Below, one piece after another: positions 48,674-58,993 of a stretch of 64,000 nucleotides of DNA. Positions within the stretch are counted from its first letter, which is position 1, and every line of letters starts with the position of its first letter. The notes beneath the pieces are model-generated. The model searched no databases and was not told the DNA's origin. It saw only the letters and a list, made by a program, of their open reading frames with translations. This DNA is from Alphaproteobacteria bacterium (GTDB lineage Bacteria; Pseudomonadota; Alphaproteobacteria; JBFXJJ01): positions 12,415 to 76,414 of the forward strand of contig JBFXJJ010000008.1 in the NCBI GenBank assembly GCA_050175015.1, in the 5' to 3' direction. A program made the translations under genes and the position numbers.

Positions 48674-50624
48674 TTTGGTTTCCTCCTAAATCTTGATGGT
48701 TAAAATTGCTACCCTCTACATATCTACAACTGTTGTTTTCCAATTGTTTGCTAAGATAAATTTTATTATCTGGTAGAGGGTTTGTAGAGGGTTGGTTATG
48801 ATTAAAGTTGTTGTTTTCTCTATGTTGTAGAGGGGTAGAGGGTTTAATCAGGTATCTGGAGAACGCATCTTTAAAATGCTCCTTGTGGTAACATTTTAAA
48901 TTTTTATCATTCATTCTTTTTTGATGAGACTTAATGCCAAAATCTTTTAAGATTGCGGATAATTGAAGCGGGGTTATCGGTTGATTAAATCGCCATTCAT
49001 TCCAAGGGCTTTCATCAATATCGGCAAGTTTTAAGCATAGCTCTTGAGAAGAAATAAAGCTTAATGGGTATTCTTTAAAAATATCTCTTATGTCGTTTAA
49101 CAAAAGGGTTTTAATCGAGCTGTCATCATCAGCATAACCAATACTATCTGTGGTGTTCATCGCTATATTGGCAAGTTCTAGCCAATCCCTCCCTGCAAGT
49201 TCAGCAATCGCTAAAAGAGGTCGCCAATTATCGGCGGTTCTATCATTTATCTGATTAGAGATTGTCGGGTCTGCTTCCTGAAGCTTTAAAAAGTTATCAT
49301 CTGCAAAACGACTGCATTTTTGTTTTATAATGTTAAACAAAGAGCTTTTATCGCCTCTTAAGCGTTCAACAGTTTCTCCAGCAAATTTTCTTCGCATCGT
49401 GATAATAATGCTTCTATCAGCTATGGTATCAGCGAGCTTGCCAATTCCTGCAATTGCACAAGGGCAGAAACAAGAAAAGATTCTAACGCTATAACCTTTG
49501 TGGGCTTCAACATTGCGGATTACTCCGCCGCCTTTAATATGCCCTTCGTTAATAATGCCTCTAAGTTCCTCTTTTTCTTTTAAAAAAGCATCGGCTTCAT
49601 CAATAAGTAAGGTTGGGGCATAAGCCTCAATGGTTCTAAACATTGCCGAAGCTGTAAGACTTGATACTCTTAAAGATTTACAACAAAGAAAATCCAAAAG
49701 CATAAGTAGGGTTGTTTTGCCGCATCTTTTTTCAGGGGAATGAATAAGAAGTCTTGGCGAATGCTCAAAAGCTTCAAAAGAGTAGGTGAACAAAACCCAT
49801 AGAGCTAAAGTGGTTTCGGCATTTTCTGGCAAAACAAGATATTTTTTAAAGATGTCTCGAAGTTCATTTAAAACCTCAGCCCCATTAACGGGTTTTGAAT
49901 ATGGAGCTGGTCTTGGCAAACTAAGCTCTCTTCCTGCTAGAGCTTTGGTTTCTGTATTTTTTGTTTCTAAAAGAGTTCTTAAAAAACTAATGGTTTTATT
50001 GTTGGGGATTTCATCAGCTAAATCCCAGCCTTCAGGAAAATAATCAGGAATTTTAACAATCGCTACTTCATTCTGTTTTTTTAAGATTTTAAAAAGTTTA
50101 AGCATAGCTTGTTTGCCAGCTTCATCATTGTCAGCCCAAAGTTTAATTTTACGGTTTTGTAAAATACTCCAATTAGCTTTTGAGATAGCATTAGCACCGC
50201 CAGCCCAAGTTAAAACAACATAATCAGGAAAAAGAAGCCTTGCACTATCAACAGTTTTTTCTCCTTCAACAATTAAGATGTTATCTTTTGGTCTTGCTTC
50301 CAAAAGTTCTTCGCCATAAAGAGGTCTTGGTTCAGAAAAGCCCTTCATGTGCCAAGCTGTTTTGCCATTTTCTAGTTTGCAATAAATAAAAGGTCTAAAT
50401 GTCTTTTGTTTAGTGCCATTAACTTTTTCATATCTGGCAATATAACCGACAAGCTTATTTTTAGCGTTTTTATAAGCATAAACATTTGTTGGCTCATTCC
50501 ATTCCGCAATTTTAAAAGAAGGCTTTGGAGCATCACTAGGAACAGGAATAATCGATATTACTTCTGGCTCTTTTGTTAAGATGTTTGTTTTAGAAACATC
50601 TATTGGCTTAAAAAAATTAGTCAT
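48666..50624 (-). CDS. Primase/replication protein (Toprim domain plus C-terminal P-loop NTPase, P4 alpha / D5-like)
   Basis: 652 aa. Toprim acidic motifs LIVEGEKTVDSA...LWADNDEAGKQA. Walker A SPEKRCGKTTL and Walker B LLIDEAD. The low-complexity C-terminal tail overlaps the iterons. Confidence 0.7.
   Translation of the reverse strand: MTNFFKPIDVSKTNILTKEPEVISIIPVPSDAPKPSFKIAEWNEPTNVYAYKNAKNKLVGYIARYEKVNGTKQKTFRPFIYCKLENGKTAWHMKGFSEPRPLYGEELLEARPKDNILIVEGEKTVDSARLLFPDYVVLTWAGGANAISKANWSILQNRKIKLWADNDEAGKQAMLKLFKILKKQNEVAIVKIPDYFPEGWDLADEIPNNKTISFLRTLLETKNTETKALAGRELSLPRPAPYSKPVNGAEVLNELRDIFKKYLVLPENAETTLALWVLFTYSFEAFEHSPRLLIHSPEKRCGKTTLLMLLDFLCCKSLRVSSLTASAMFRTIEAYAPTLLIDEADAFLKEKEELRGIINEGHIKGGGVIRNVEAHKGYSVRIFSCFCPCAIAGIGKLADTIADRSIIITMRRKFAGETVERLRGDKSSLFNIIKQKCSRFADDNFLKLQEADPTISNQINDRTADNWRPLLAIAELAGRDWLELANIAMNTTDSIGYADDDSSIKTLLLNDIRDIFKEYPLSFISSQELCLKLADIDESPWNEWRFNQPITPLQLSAILKDFGIKSHQKRMNDKNLKCYHKEHFKDAFSRYLIKPSTPLQHRENNNFNHNQPSTNPLPDNKIYLSKQLENNSCRYVEGSNFNHQDLGGNQND
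48711..48845. repeat. Iteron cluster (CCCTCTAC / GTAGAGGG), copy 2, adjacent to the primase gene; candidate replication origin
   Basis: CCCTCTACATATCTACAA, then GTAGAGGG at 48773, 48784, 48825 and 48834. Same architecture as 29054-29190. Confidence 0.55.
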
Positions 50625-50941
50625 AGTTCTACCCCCAGCATTTGTGCGAGGTTGTGTAAGGCTTCAAGCTGGGTTGAGTTGGTTAAATAAGCAGCTAGTG
50701 AAACAACATCGCTTCCCTTATCGCCAGTGGCAAAGTCTGCCCATTTACCAGTTTGTATATTTACTTTAAAAGAGCCCTTGCTCTTATCGCTTCTGGTAGG
50801 GTTAAGTGCGATCCACTCGCAACCTTGCTTAACGCCACCAGGTAGCCATCTAGCTAAAATTGTAGGTAAAACCGATAAAGCAACATTATTAACCTTTGCA
50901 AAATCCGCTTTACCCAAGTTGGATAAGTAAATTTTACTCAT
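50621..50941 (-). CDS. Hypothetical small protein associated with the primase (possible N-terminal primase module)
   Basis: 106 aa. Stop overlaps the primase start (ATGA). Confidence 0.35.
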   Translation of the reverse strand: MSKIYLSNLGKADFAKVNNVALSVLPTILARWLPGGVKQGCEWIALNPTRSDKSKGSFKVNIQTGKWADFATGDKGSDVVSLAAYLTNSTQLEALHNLAQMLGVEL

Positions 50942-51176
50942 AGGTTTTGCTGGTTTCTATGTCAGAAGTGGTGTTTTCTTCAAGATAAGCTTTTAATCCG
51001 CTTAAAGGATAACGGACTGCATTGCCAATTTTAACGATTTTAAGCTTTACTCTTTTGGTGCAAGCCCAAACTGAAAGACTGCCCTCTGAAACGTTCAGAT
51101 ACTCTGCGGCTTCTTTTCTGGTTAATAAAGGGTCGTCATTTTTATAAGTGGTTTTAGTCTGTTTATTAGCGTTCAT
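50934..51176 (-). CDS. AlpA-family transcriptional regulator / excisionase-like protein
   Basis: 80 aa. LTRKEAAEYLNVSEGSLSVWACTKRV HTH of the phage AlpA / Xis-like family. Confidence 0.65.
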   Translation of the reverse strand: MNANKQTKTTYKNDDPLLTRKEAAEYLNVSEGSLSVWACTKRVKLKIVKIGNAVRYPLSGLKAYLEENTTSDIETSKTYE

Positions 51177-51326
51177 AACGATAAAATCTCCATAAAAAGG
51201 GTTAATGGAGATTATTTTCTGTTATGAATTATGCAGAAGTCTAATAGTTACTTTGCACGTGCAGAAAAAGCATGTAATTGTTTGTTTTATATAGTAAAAA
51301 TAAATGTGCAGCCTGCATGCGTTACG

Positions 51327-52520
51327 TTACACTAACCCCTGTTTTATCCAATTTTTAAGAGTTCTGGTTTCAATAAGTTCTGTGCCTTCAGGAAAGTTAC
51401 CTTTTTTGTGCTCGCTAGATATAGAATCTAAAACCTGCCTGATGTTGTTGGCATTGTTTTTTTCTTCAATTGTTTTCCAGCCCTTTTCTCTGTAAATTTC
51501 TTTAATTCTTCGTTTGATTGCTCCATATTTTTTTTCATTTTTTGAGTCAGCCGCTTTTTGTTTTATAGGGTCTTTTTCTGGTTTTTGAATTTCTTGGTTT
51601 ATTATTGTCTGTTCGTCAAGATTTATAGTTGTCTGCTCTTCTTGTTTTATAAGATTATTAACCACCACAACAACAGAAGTGTCATTGCTTTCTTTTTGTT
51701 GTTCTTTATATACTGCTAATTGTCCTTTAGGAATTGCGTTTTTTAAGCTTTCTATATCAATCAAAACCTTATAAGCCTTTTGGTATGGGTATATAAAAAC
51801 TATAAATGAAAAAATAAAAAGCATTAAAATAGCAAAAATCATTAAAGAGCTGGCATCAGGCAGAAAGCGAACTGATAATATAACCGCTGTTGCAAAAAGA
51901 GCTAAAAATAAAAATCTTTTTATGTAGTGTAAAAGCTCTATTATGTATTGCAATATTCCTGTTGTTTTAAACACTAGATTTCTTGTAATAAATAAATTTT
52001 CTTCCCAATCTATATAAGTGCAGGTATTACCATTTAAGATATTTCTTTTGTGTTTAGGTAATTTTTGCTGTTTTTCTCTTCTTTTAAAAAAGCTGTCGTT
52101 ACTTTCAATTTTATCAATACCATCTTTTTGATAGTATTTTTTATAATTAAAAGGTTTTGAAAGCTGAAAAAGGTTGCCAGTAAACTGCTCCCATATAAAG
52201 CTTCTGGTGTTATATCTTTGTGCTTCAAAGGACATGTTGCCGTGCAAAAGGTTGTTTTTTAAAATTTCTTTTCCGCAAGTTATTTCTTCTGGAGTAAATT
52301 CGCTATAATCAGGTTCTTTATACTCATTAAATGATATTTTAGTTTGCTTTTCGTTAAATTCAATTGGCTCTTCTGCCGTAACTGCCCATTTTAAAGCTTC
52401 AATTAAATCAGTATATTTTGCTGTATCCATTTTATTAGCCTTATTTATTTTCCAGTTGTTCAATAATATTAACCGCATCATCAATCGATTTTCTGATAGT
52501 ATCTTGTTGAAGTCTAGCAT
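51327..52520 (-). CDS. Hypothetical membrane protein
   Basis: 397 aa with two predicted TM helices (FLFLALFATAVILSV..., LMIFAILMLFIFSFIVFIY). Confidence 0.3.
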   Translation of the reverse strand: MLDFNKILSENRLMMRLILLNNWKINKANKMDTAKYTDLIEALKWAVTAEEPIEFNEKQTKISFNEYKEPDYSEFTPEEITCGKEILKNNLLHGNMSFEAQRYNTRSFIWEQFTGNLFQLSKPFNYKKYYQKDGIDKIESNDSFFKRREKQQKLPKHKRNILNGNTCTYIDWEENLFITRNLVFKTTGILQYIIELLHYIKRFLFLALFATAVILSVRFLPDASSLMIFAILMLFIFSFIVFIYPYQKAYKVLIDIESLKNAIPKGQLAVYKEQQKESNDTSVVVVVNNLIKQEEQTTINLDEQTIINQEIQKPEKDPIKQKAADSKNEKKYGAIKRRIKEIYREKGWKTIEEKNNANNIRQVLDSISSEHKKGNFPEGTELIETRTLKNWIKQGLV

Positions 52521-53745
52521 AAACTTGGGTTGCTTGTTGCGACTTATGCCCTAAGGTTTTGCCGATAATTTCTAGGCTAACGCCGTTCATTGCTTGATAG
52601 CTTCCAAAGGTTCTTCTTATGTCGTGAAGTCTAACGTCCATTAAACCTTGCGGAAGAGCAATCTTTCTTTTTTTTGCTTCTCTTTTAACCGCATTAAAAA
52701 TTCTTAAAACCGTGCAGGCATAGTTATCTTGGCTTTTTACTTCGGTTTCAACGTCATCAACTAATTGAGCTAAATTTGGGTCTTGTTTCCAAATAGCTAT
52801 CGTTGCTCTTTTTCTAACTCTTTCCCAAGCCTTTCTTGGATCTTTATAGTAGTCATCAGCTTCATCATTGGCAAATACCCATTCAGAATTAGAGCTAATT
52901 TTGCGTTTTTTTAAAATATCAATAGCTTTTCTGGTTAAGGGTAGGGTGAGCGGGTCTCCGTTCTTGGTTTCTGGAATACGCCATTCTTCACGTTCCCAAT
53001 GGATTTCTTCCCATTTCATAGTTAGAACGTTAGTTTTTCTTGCTCCTGTTAAAAGCGACATAAAAATATAATCTTTAGCGGTTTCGTTTTCTTCTTCTTT
53101 TAGGGCATCAAGCAAAAAGGGCATTTCTTGATGTTCAATAAACCTATCCCTTGATTTTTCTTTAAACTTTTTAATTCCATTTGAAGGGTTTTTGCCGTCC
53201 CAACCCCATTCAATAGCCTTGTTAAAAATAGCTCTTATTCGCTCTAAAATGCGGTTTGCCTGATAAAGCCCGTTTTCGTCTTTAATTTTGTTATGAAGTT
53301 GTTGGATTTCATATTGTGAGATAGTCGAGATTTTGCGATTTAACCAATGAGATAAAAACTTATTAACTTCTCTTTCGTCATATTGCCAAGAGCGTTTATG
53401 TGGTTTGCTATATCGTTCCATATAATCTTTAAAAAGGTCTTTGAAGGTAGCTTCTTTTTGCATTTTGTGTTTATGCTCAAGAGGGTGAGTGCCTTCTGAT
53501 ATTTTAGCTTTAGCAATGGTTGCTTTTTTTCTAGCATTTTCAACCGTCATATCAGGAAAACTGCCAAGAATAACTCTTTCATCTTTGCCATCAATTCTTT
53601 TGCGAACAAAAAAAGATATAACCCCAGTAGAGGTTATATAAAGCTGTAAGCCTTTTTCTTTGGTGTCTTTATAAACCTCAGTTCCTTTTGATGGGGCTTT
53701 TAAACTTTGGATTGATGCTTTGGTAAAATTAAAAACTTTAGTCAT
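52441..53745 (-). CDS. int: P4-type tyrosine integrase
   Basis: 434 aa. N-terminal arm-binding (DUF4102-like) TKASIQSLKAPSKGTEVYKDTKEKGLQLYI. Catalytic R (LLTGARKTN), HDIRRTFGS and Y (VYARL). Confidence 0.85.
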   Translation of the reverse strand: MTKVFNFTKASIQSLKAPSKGTEVYKDTKEKGLQLYITSTGVISFFVRKRIDGKDERVILGSFPDMTVENARKKATIAKAKISEGTHPLEHKHKMQKEATFKDLFKDYMERYSKPHKRSWQYDEREVNKFLSHWLNRKISTISQYEIQQLHNKIKDENGLYQANRILERIRAIFNKAIEWGWDGKNPSNGIKKFKEKSRDRFIEHQEMPFLLDALKEEENETAKDYIFMSLLTGARKTNVLTMKWEEIHWEREEWRIPETKNGDPLTLPLTRKAIDILKKRKISSNSEWVFANDEADDYYKDPRKAWERVRKRATIAIWKQDPNLAQLVDDVETEVKSQDNYACTVLRIFNAVKREAKKRKIALPQGLMDVRLHDIRRTFGSYQAMNGVSLEIIGKTLGHKSQQATQVYARLQQDTIRKSIDDAVNIIEQLENK

Positions 53746-53946
53746 ATTGTCGCACTCGAAAAATAATTGGTTGCAAAAGCTAAGAAATAACAGTATTTTT
53801 TGTTAAATCTCATTGCCGCACCATTGCCGCATTTTGGATTAAAAAAGGGTAATTTTGGTTAATGGCAATTAAGGTTATAATAGGCTGTAAGTGTTGCAGA
53901 GTAAAGGAATATTAACATCTGTTAAAAGTCGTTAAGTACCCTTGTT

Positions 53947-53995
53947 TTTGCCTCATAACCTGAAGGTCGCATGGTTCAAATCCTGCCCCTGCAAC
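53947..53995 (+). repeat. Imperfect tRNA-Met 3'-half fragment; right att of the inner element
   Basis: CTCATAACCTGAAGGTCGCATGGTTCAAATCCTGCCCCTGCAACC. Compare with 24836-24881. Confidence 0.55.
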
Positions 53996-54139
53996 CTAAG
54001 AAGCCCGCAGTCTCAACATCTTACGGGCTTATTTATCTGAAAATTATGTGTAAAAAAATACCAAAACTATGCTAGCGTAGTATGTAAAAGCAAGTTTTAT
54101 CAACTTTGGAAAGTTTCAATCAATGATATTAAGACAAAA

Positions 54140-54973
54140 CTATTGATTTAAATTAGAGATGTTAGATACTAAATTATAAATAAACCAACCATCTCCTGTA
54201 ATAAATGTCTGAGGTTTAGCACTCACGCCATCTTTATGAACACCTAAGCCGTCAGAATAAGGTATAAAAGAAACTATTTTATTGAAATTAATTCTAAAGT
54301 TTTTTCTAGAACCTCCAAAATAAAGATTTTTATTTGTAATAGCTAATATCCCTGTATCGGCATATAAAGATTGCTCCGTTTGGATTCTTTCTCCTTTAAA
54401 GGCTCCTGTTCTATAATAAACACCTTTTGCAATGCGAATACTAAAACCACTGGAGCATCCGACATAATGTGTTTTTGTTTTTTGTTCGATATAATCAACA
54501 TTTTGAAATATCCATATCAAGCTTTCGTTTTTTTGAAAATTAAAAGGTAAATTTCCTTCTATGGTTATTTTGTTAGGGATTTCTCCATTTATGAGAGTTC
54601 TAATTACTGTTCCTTTAATTAGTTTTGTATAGTAACCGTTGTTGTTGACATCATATTGGGTTAAAGAAAATTTTTCTAAAATATCGCATAACAGGTTTTC
54701 TTCTTCTTCCGAAACCAGATCATCTTCAAAGGCAGTATCAATTGATTTTTCCCAACCAGTAGAGATAAAAAGTTTTTTATCAAAGTCTTTAATATAGCTA
54801 GAATCACATATTTCTTTAATATTATTAACCATATTGGTAATGTTTTTTGATATAAATGCGTTATGAATAATATCTATAACAGCATTTTTTCCTTCTAGAT
54901 ATTTTCTTTCACATTCTTTATGTTTTTTTCTAAGAAAACCAGCATCTTCTCCGCAATATTTACAAATGCCCAT
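54140..54973 (-). CDS. Hypothetical protein with N-terminal Cys-rich zinc-ribbon-like motif
   Basis: 277 aa. MGICKYCGEDAGFLRKKHKEC. Confidence 0.3.
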   Translation of the reverse strand: MGICKYCGEDAGFLRKKHKECERKYLEGKNAVIDIIHNAFISKNITNMVNNIKEICDSSYIKDFDKKLFISTGWEKSIDTAFEDDLVSEEEENLLCDILEKFSLTQYDVNNNGYYTKLIKGTVIRTLINGEIPNKITIEGNLPFNFQKNESLIWIFQNVDYIEQKTKTHYVGCSSGFSIRIAKGVYYRTGAFKGERIQTEQSLYADTGILAITNKNLYFGGSRKNFRINFNKIVSFIPYSDGLGVHKDGVSAKPQTFITGDGWFIYNLVSNISNLNQ

Positions 54974-55018
54974 AATGTCTCCATTATTTTATGATGTATC
55001 ACAAAAATTATATTGAGA

Positions 55019-55201
55019 TTATTTGTTTTTTTGATTTATTTCTTTTTCTAACTCTTCAAATTCTTCAGGGTCGGCATAGGCAATCTTGCCGTCTCGCCAG
55101 ACAACAAGTTTTGTGCCAGTTTGTTTGGCAATTTTGATAGCCTCTAAACCGCCAGCTTTTATACCTTCAAGAATTTTATCAGTATTAATTACATCTAACA
55201 T
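55019..55201 (-). CDS. Small hypothetical protein (possible partner of the zeta-like kinase)
   Basis: 60-aa ORF, 3 nt downstream of the P-loop gene. Confidence 0.3.
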   Translation of the reverse strand: MLDVINTDKILEGIKAGGLEAIKIAKQTGTKLVVWRDGKIAYADPEEFEELEKEINQKNK

Positions 55202-55204
55202 AGT

Positions 55205-55792
55205 TTAAATCTCGCTTTCTTTAAGGATATTATCCCATATTTCTTTATTATAAACAATAATTTCGTTCTTTTCCTTCTTTGCTATCAGCTTGCCAGAATG
55301 AGGATCAACATTGTTATAAATTAAAGCCTTATCGGCAATAGGCAGATAATGATTGATAAGGTTTACAAAGCCTCTTTTATATCTGCGGATAATATCTTGT
55401 TTAGGTATATCGTGTCCGCCTTGTGAGACTCTTATTTTTACTCGTTCAATTGCCATATCAGAGGAAGGCAACCATAAAAAGATAAGTCCTATGGTATAAC
55501 CACCTTCTTTAGCTTTTTTTAACTTGTCAAAAAAGGTTAGGCTTGAGCAGGTAGTTTCAAAAGCAAAGCTCTTTTTTGAAGCCATAAGACTGTCTATGCG
55601 GTTTAACATAAGTTTGCCTGCGGTTATGGCTTGCCCTTTGGGGTTAAGGGGATTTAAACCTCTTGCTATTTCATCGGCGTTTATAAATTCATACATCGAT
55701 AAAAACTTGGGAAGAAGAGTCATTGCGGTTGTGGTTTTGCCCGAACCGTTTGCCCCTGAAATCATGTAAATTGTTGGATTTTCATCTTTCAT
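55205..55792 (-). CDS. P-loop kinase of the zeta-toxin / AAA_33 family
   Basis: 195 aa. Walker A ISGANGSGKTTTA. Size and topology resemble zeta/PezT-like UNAG kinases. Confidence 0.5.
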   Translation of the reverse strand: MKDENPTIYMISGANGSGKTTTAMTLLPKFLSMYEFINADEIARGLNPLNPKGQAITAGKLMLNRIDSLMASKKSFAFETTCSSLTFFDKLKKAKEGGYTIGLIFLWLPSSDMAIERVKIRVSQGGHDIPKQDIIRRYKRGFVNLINHYLPIADKALIYNNVDPHSGKLIAKKEKNEIIVYNKEIWDNILKESEI

Positions 55793-55795
55793 AAA

Positions 55796-58700
55796 TTAAA
55801 CCTCACTCTCTTTATCTTTTTCAGTATCTGCTTCAATCACAGCTTTTATGTCTGCAATATGTTTTTTGGTAAAATATATTTTCATATCTTTATCAGCTAA
55901 AACTACTTCAAGTTCATTTCCTTCAATTTCTTTAAACATTTCCAATATCAAATCATCAGAATCGTTTGCATGACAGAACATGGCTGAGTGATTAGGACAA
56001 AGAGCTAAATAATTTTGATAATGTCTTTTTTCTAAATCACTTCTTAAAAATTCGGTGGTCTCAAAATAGTAATTCCCATCTTTTAATTTAAAAGGCAATT
56101 CCTTTTGGCATATTTGACATATCATTTTGCCGTCTGGGTTTGTGTATTGACTGATTAAATAATTTTTTGCTTCTTTTTTTACATCTTCACGGTTTGTTGA
56201 TACTGAGCGAGTTCTTTTTTCGAATGTCCTTTCTGGGGCACTAGAGGCTTGTGCTCTAACTCTTTCTCTTCTTCTTTCTGGGTTTAATGGCTCATCTTCT
56301 GGTAATTCAAAATTATCATCTTCTTCTTTTTCGGCTAAAATTCTTTCTTGTTCTTCTTCAGGTAATTCTGCAAAACGTCTCGCTCTTTCGGCTGAAGCAA
56401 TATCTTTAAAACCTAGTTTTTTGGCGGCTTCTTCTTTCTCCTTTTTTTGTTCTAGTAATTTTAGTTTTTCTTCTATTTGTTTTTTTGATTTTTCTTCTTC
56501 TTCTAATTCTTCTTTTGTCGGCTCTCTTTTTGCGTTAAAGCCAAAATTTATAGCAAGCAAAAAGTTGTCGCCTTTATCATAAGAAAAGCCCTTTGGCAGC
56601 AAATCGCTAAAAGCCTTGTTTGGGGTTACAAAACTTATTTCTTTTGTTTCATTTTCTTGAGGTATCCATTCATTATTTTTAAGCACTTTGATTAGGGTTG
56701 ATTCTGCCATTCTTGGATCTACTGAACCATTGGGCTTATAAGATGCTTCAACTATATTTTGATACCACCAGTAATCTTTAGAAAATGACGAGTCATTATT
56801 TTTAAGCGTATTCCATATTAGTTTAGAAACATTAATCTCTTTTTCTCCTAATACCTTTTCAAGATTGGGAATATGCCAGTCTTGAAAAGATTCATAATCT
56901 GTTACTCGTCCAGAACAAGACCAAACCAAGTTCCGTTGAAGACTTTTATCTTCTTGTTTTTCTATTGCTAGTTCAGTTTTAACACCCACATTTTTAAAAA
57001 AATCAACAAGTTTTTCTTTTTCAATTTTAAGCTTTAAATATTTATTGGATATTTTATGCAAATTATGACCTTCAAATGCAGAATAAAAAGCACTTAAGTT
57101 TGTTTCTTCATACGGGCTATCAATATATAATTGCTCAATTTTTCTCCACTTACCATTTTCACAAAGAATAATATAAGACTCTTCAAATAAATCGGTTTCA
57201 TCAGGATTTTTTTCTAAAAAATCAATAAAAATTTTAATGTCTTCAATTTTGGAAAATCTATTGCCAATCCAATACCGTTCTTTTAAAAAACACTCTATAT
57301 ATTCTTTCTCTCCAAACTCTCTAACGCCCATTTTTTCTAAAAATAATTTGGCATTTTTTTGCTCTGCTTGGTTTTTTCCTAAAGAATATGTTTTAGGTTC
57401 AACTGTTGGGTAAGTATTTTGTTTTCTTTCTTCATTATAAAAAAAGCATTCATTTTCCGAGTTAAAATTACCATCAGTTAATTTTATAATTTTGCATTTT
57501 TTAAGTTGCCATAAACTTGAATAGTCTTTTTCTACTATTTCATATAAAAAAGCATAAAAGTTTTGAAGCCATTCGTTAGTTTTTTTGCTTAGCCATTCTT
57601 TTGAAGTTTCTTCAATTTCATTTTTTGTATACTTTGCAGTCAAAGTTTTTATTAAATCTTCTTTATCCCATTTCTTTATTTGTAAGCTATTAAGAAACTT
57701 ATCAGCATTATCACTTCTCTGCCGTGATGACATAACCCATAAAGGAGGCTGTTCATCATAATCAAAAAGAAATTCCATATCCTCATTGGATAGCAAATCC
57801 TTTAATTTTCGATCTCCTTGCAATAAATATTTAGCAGGATAATGTGTTCGACAAAATGTGGGAGTTAATGCTTCATTGTTCATTTTATCAATTATTTTTT
57901 CTCTGATTACTTCGTATTTATCAGAAATGTCGTCATCTCCATTAGGTAAAACATTTAAGAAATCGGTGTTCAAAAGATTTAAATCTTTGATTCTATGTAA
58001 TGATTGAGCGGTTAAATCAGCTAATTGTTCATATAAGGAATCGTTTGCAGGGGTGTTTTTAATACTTGCTCTGCTTAATTCGGGAACAAATGGTGCGTGG
58101 AGATGGAATCTTAATCCAGATATTTCTTTTTTAGCAGGGAAGAAAACGGAAACATTGGCAGGCTCGGCAACAACAATTTTCACTTGATTTGATAAATCGT
58201 TATTAGCGTTAAATTCTTTTACCCCAGCTAAAAAATCAAGCGGAAAAGCAATGGCAACTTTTTGTTTTTCTAAACCTTTGACTGGAGCATCAAACTTTAG
58301 AAAATGTGAGCTTTCAGTGGTTTTACCATTTATTTGTTTTAGAATTTCAATATGGTTTGGAGAGTGTTTTGTTCTTAAAACTTCACCAGATGTTTCTGAT
58401 AAAATTTTCCAGCTAATTGTTTCAATGTTATTTAAGAATAGCAAAGTTGTTTCTTCAAGCTCGTTTAGCCCATCCTTGATTTCTTCAAAAGCATCTTCTT
58501 GGCTTTTTTTGTGATTATTAAATGGAAATTCAAATTTGGTTTTTTTTGAATTAATAGGACTTAATTCAAAAGGTAAAACCAAATCTGTTATTTTAAAGGA
58601 AAATGTAGGAGACCATATATGAGGTGTTTCAGAGTATGCAAAAACAGCTTTAAATCCTATTCCAAATCTTCCTATTTTGTCGTTGTCATCTGCCTTTGTT

Positions 58701-58993
58701 CCTTCGCCAATATCTGTAATTGCAAGAATATCTTTCTCATCAAAAGGTCTGCCGTTGTGTTCGAATATCAGTTTGTTATTATGTAATGTAAAAGTTACGT
58801 CTTTAGCTTCGGCATCTTCTGCATTTTGCAATAGTTCGTATATAAAATGAGCACTATCTGGGTATAAGTCTTCAACGATTTTTCTTATACCAGTGTGTTT
58901 TTTCAAAACCCGAGCTAATTCGTCTCGTTCCTCAACTCTTATTTTTTCTATGATATTCATTTTACATTTTTCCCGAAACTTCAATAACTCCAA
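55796..58993 (-). CDS. GHKL-superfamily ATPase (HATPase_c, MORC/Hsp90-like) with C-terminal DUF3883-like domain
   Basis: 1065 aa. Bergerat-fold N-box IYELLQNAEDA, G1/G2 boxes DIGEGT...GRFGIGFKAVF. The C-terminal region ...CQICQKELPF...YLALCPNHSAMF is DUF3883-like. Confidence 0.65.
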   Translation of the reverse strand: MELLKFREKCKMNIIEKIRVEERDELARVLKKHTGIRKIVEDLYPDSAHFIYELLQNAEDAEAKDVTFTLHNNKLIFEHNGRPFDEKDILAITDIGEGTKADDNDKIGRFGIGFKAVFAYSETPHIWSPTFSFKITDLVLPFELSPINSKKTKFEFPFNNHKKSQEDAFEEIKDGLNELEETTLLFLNNIETISWKILSETSGEVLRTKHSPNHIEILKQINGKTTESSHFLKFDAPVKGLEKQKVAIAFPLDFLAGVKEFNANNDLSNQVKIVVAEPANVSVFFPAKKEISGLRFHLHAPFVPELSRASIKNTPANDSLYEQLADLTAQSLHRIKDLNLLNTDFLNVLPNGDDDISDKYEVIREKIIDKMNNEALTPTFCRTHYPAKYLLQGDRKLKDLLSNEDMEFLFDYDEQPPLWVMSSRQRSDNADKFLNSLQIKKWDKEDLIKTLTAKYTKNEIEETSKEWLSKKTNEWLQNFYAFLYEIVEKDYSSLWQLKKCKIIKLTDGNFNSENECFFYNEERKQNTYPTVEPKTYSLGKNQAEQKNAKLFLEKMGVREFGEKEYIECFLKERYWIGNRFSKIEDIKIFIDFLEKNPDETDLFEESYIILCENGKWRKIEQLYIDSPYEETNLSAFYSAFEGHNLHKISNKYLKLKIEKEKLVDFFKNVGVKTELAIEKQEDKSLQRNLVWSCSGRVTDYESFQDWHIPNLEKVLGEKEINVSKLIWNTLKNNDSSFSKDYWWYQNIVEASYKPNGSVDPRMAESTLIKVLKNNEWIPQENETKEISFVTPNKAFSDLLPKGFSYDKGDNFLLAINFGFNAKREPTKEELEEEEKSKKQIEEKLKLLEQKKEKEEAAKKLGFKDIASAERARRFAELPEEEQERILAEKEEDDNFELPEDEPLNPERRRERVRAQASSAPERTFEKRTRSVSTNREDVKKEAKNYLISQYTNPDGKMICQICQKELPFKLKDGNYYFETTEFLRSDLEKRHYQNYLALCPNHSAMFCHANDSDDLILEMFKEIEGNELEVVLADKDMKIYFTKKHIADIKAVIEADTEKDKESEV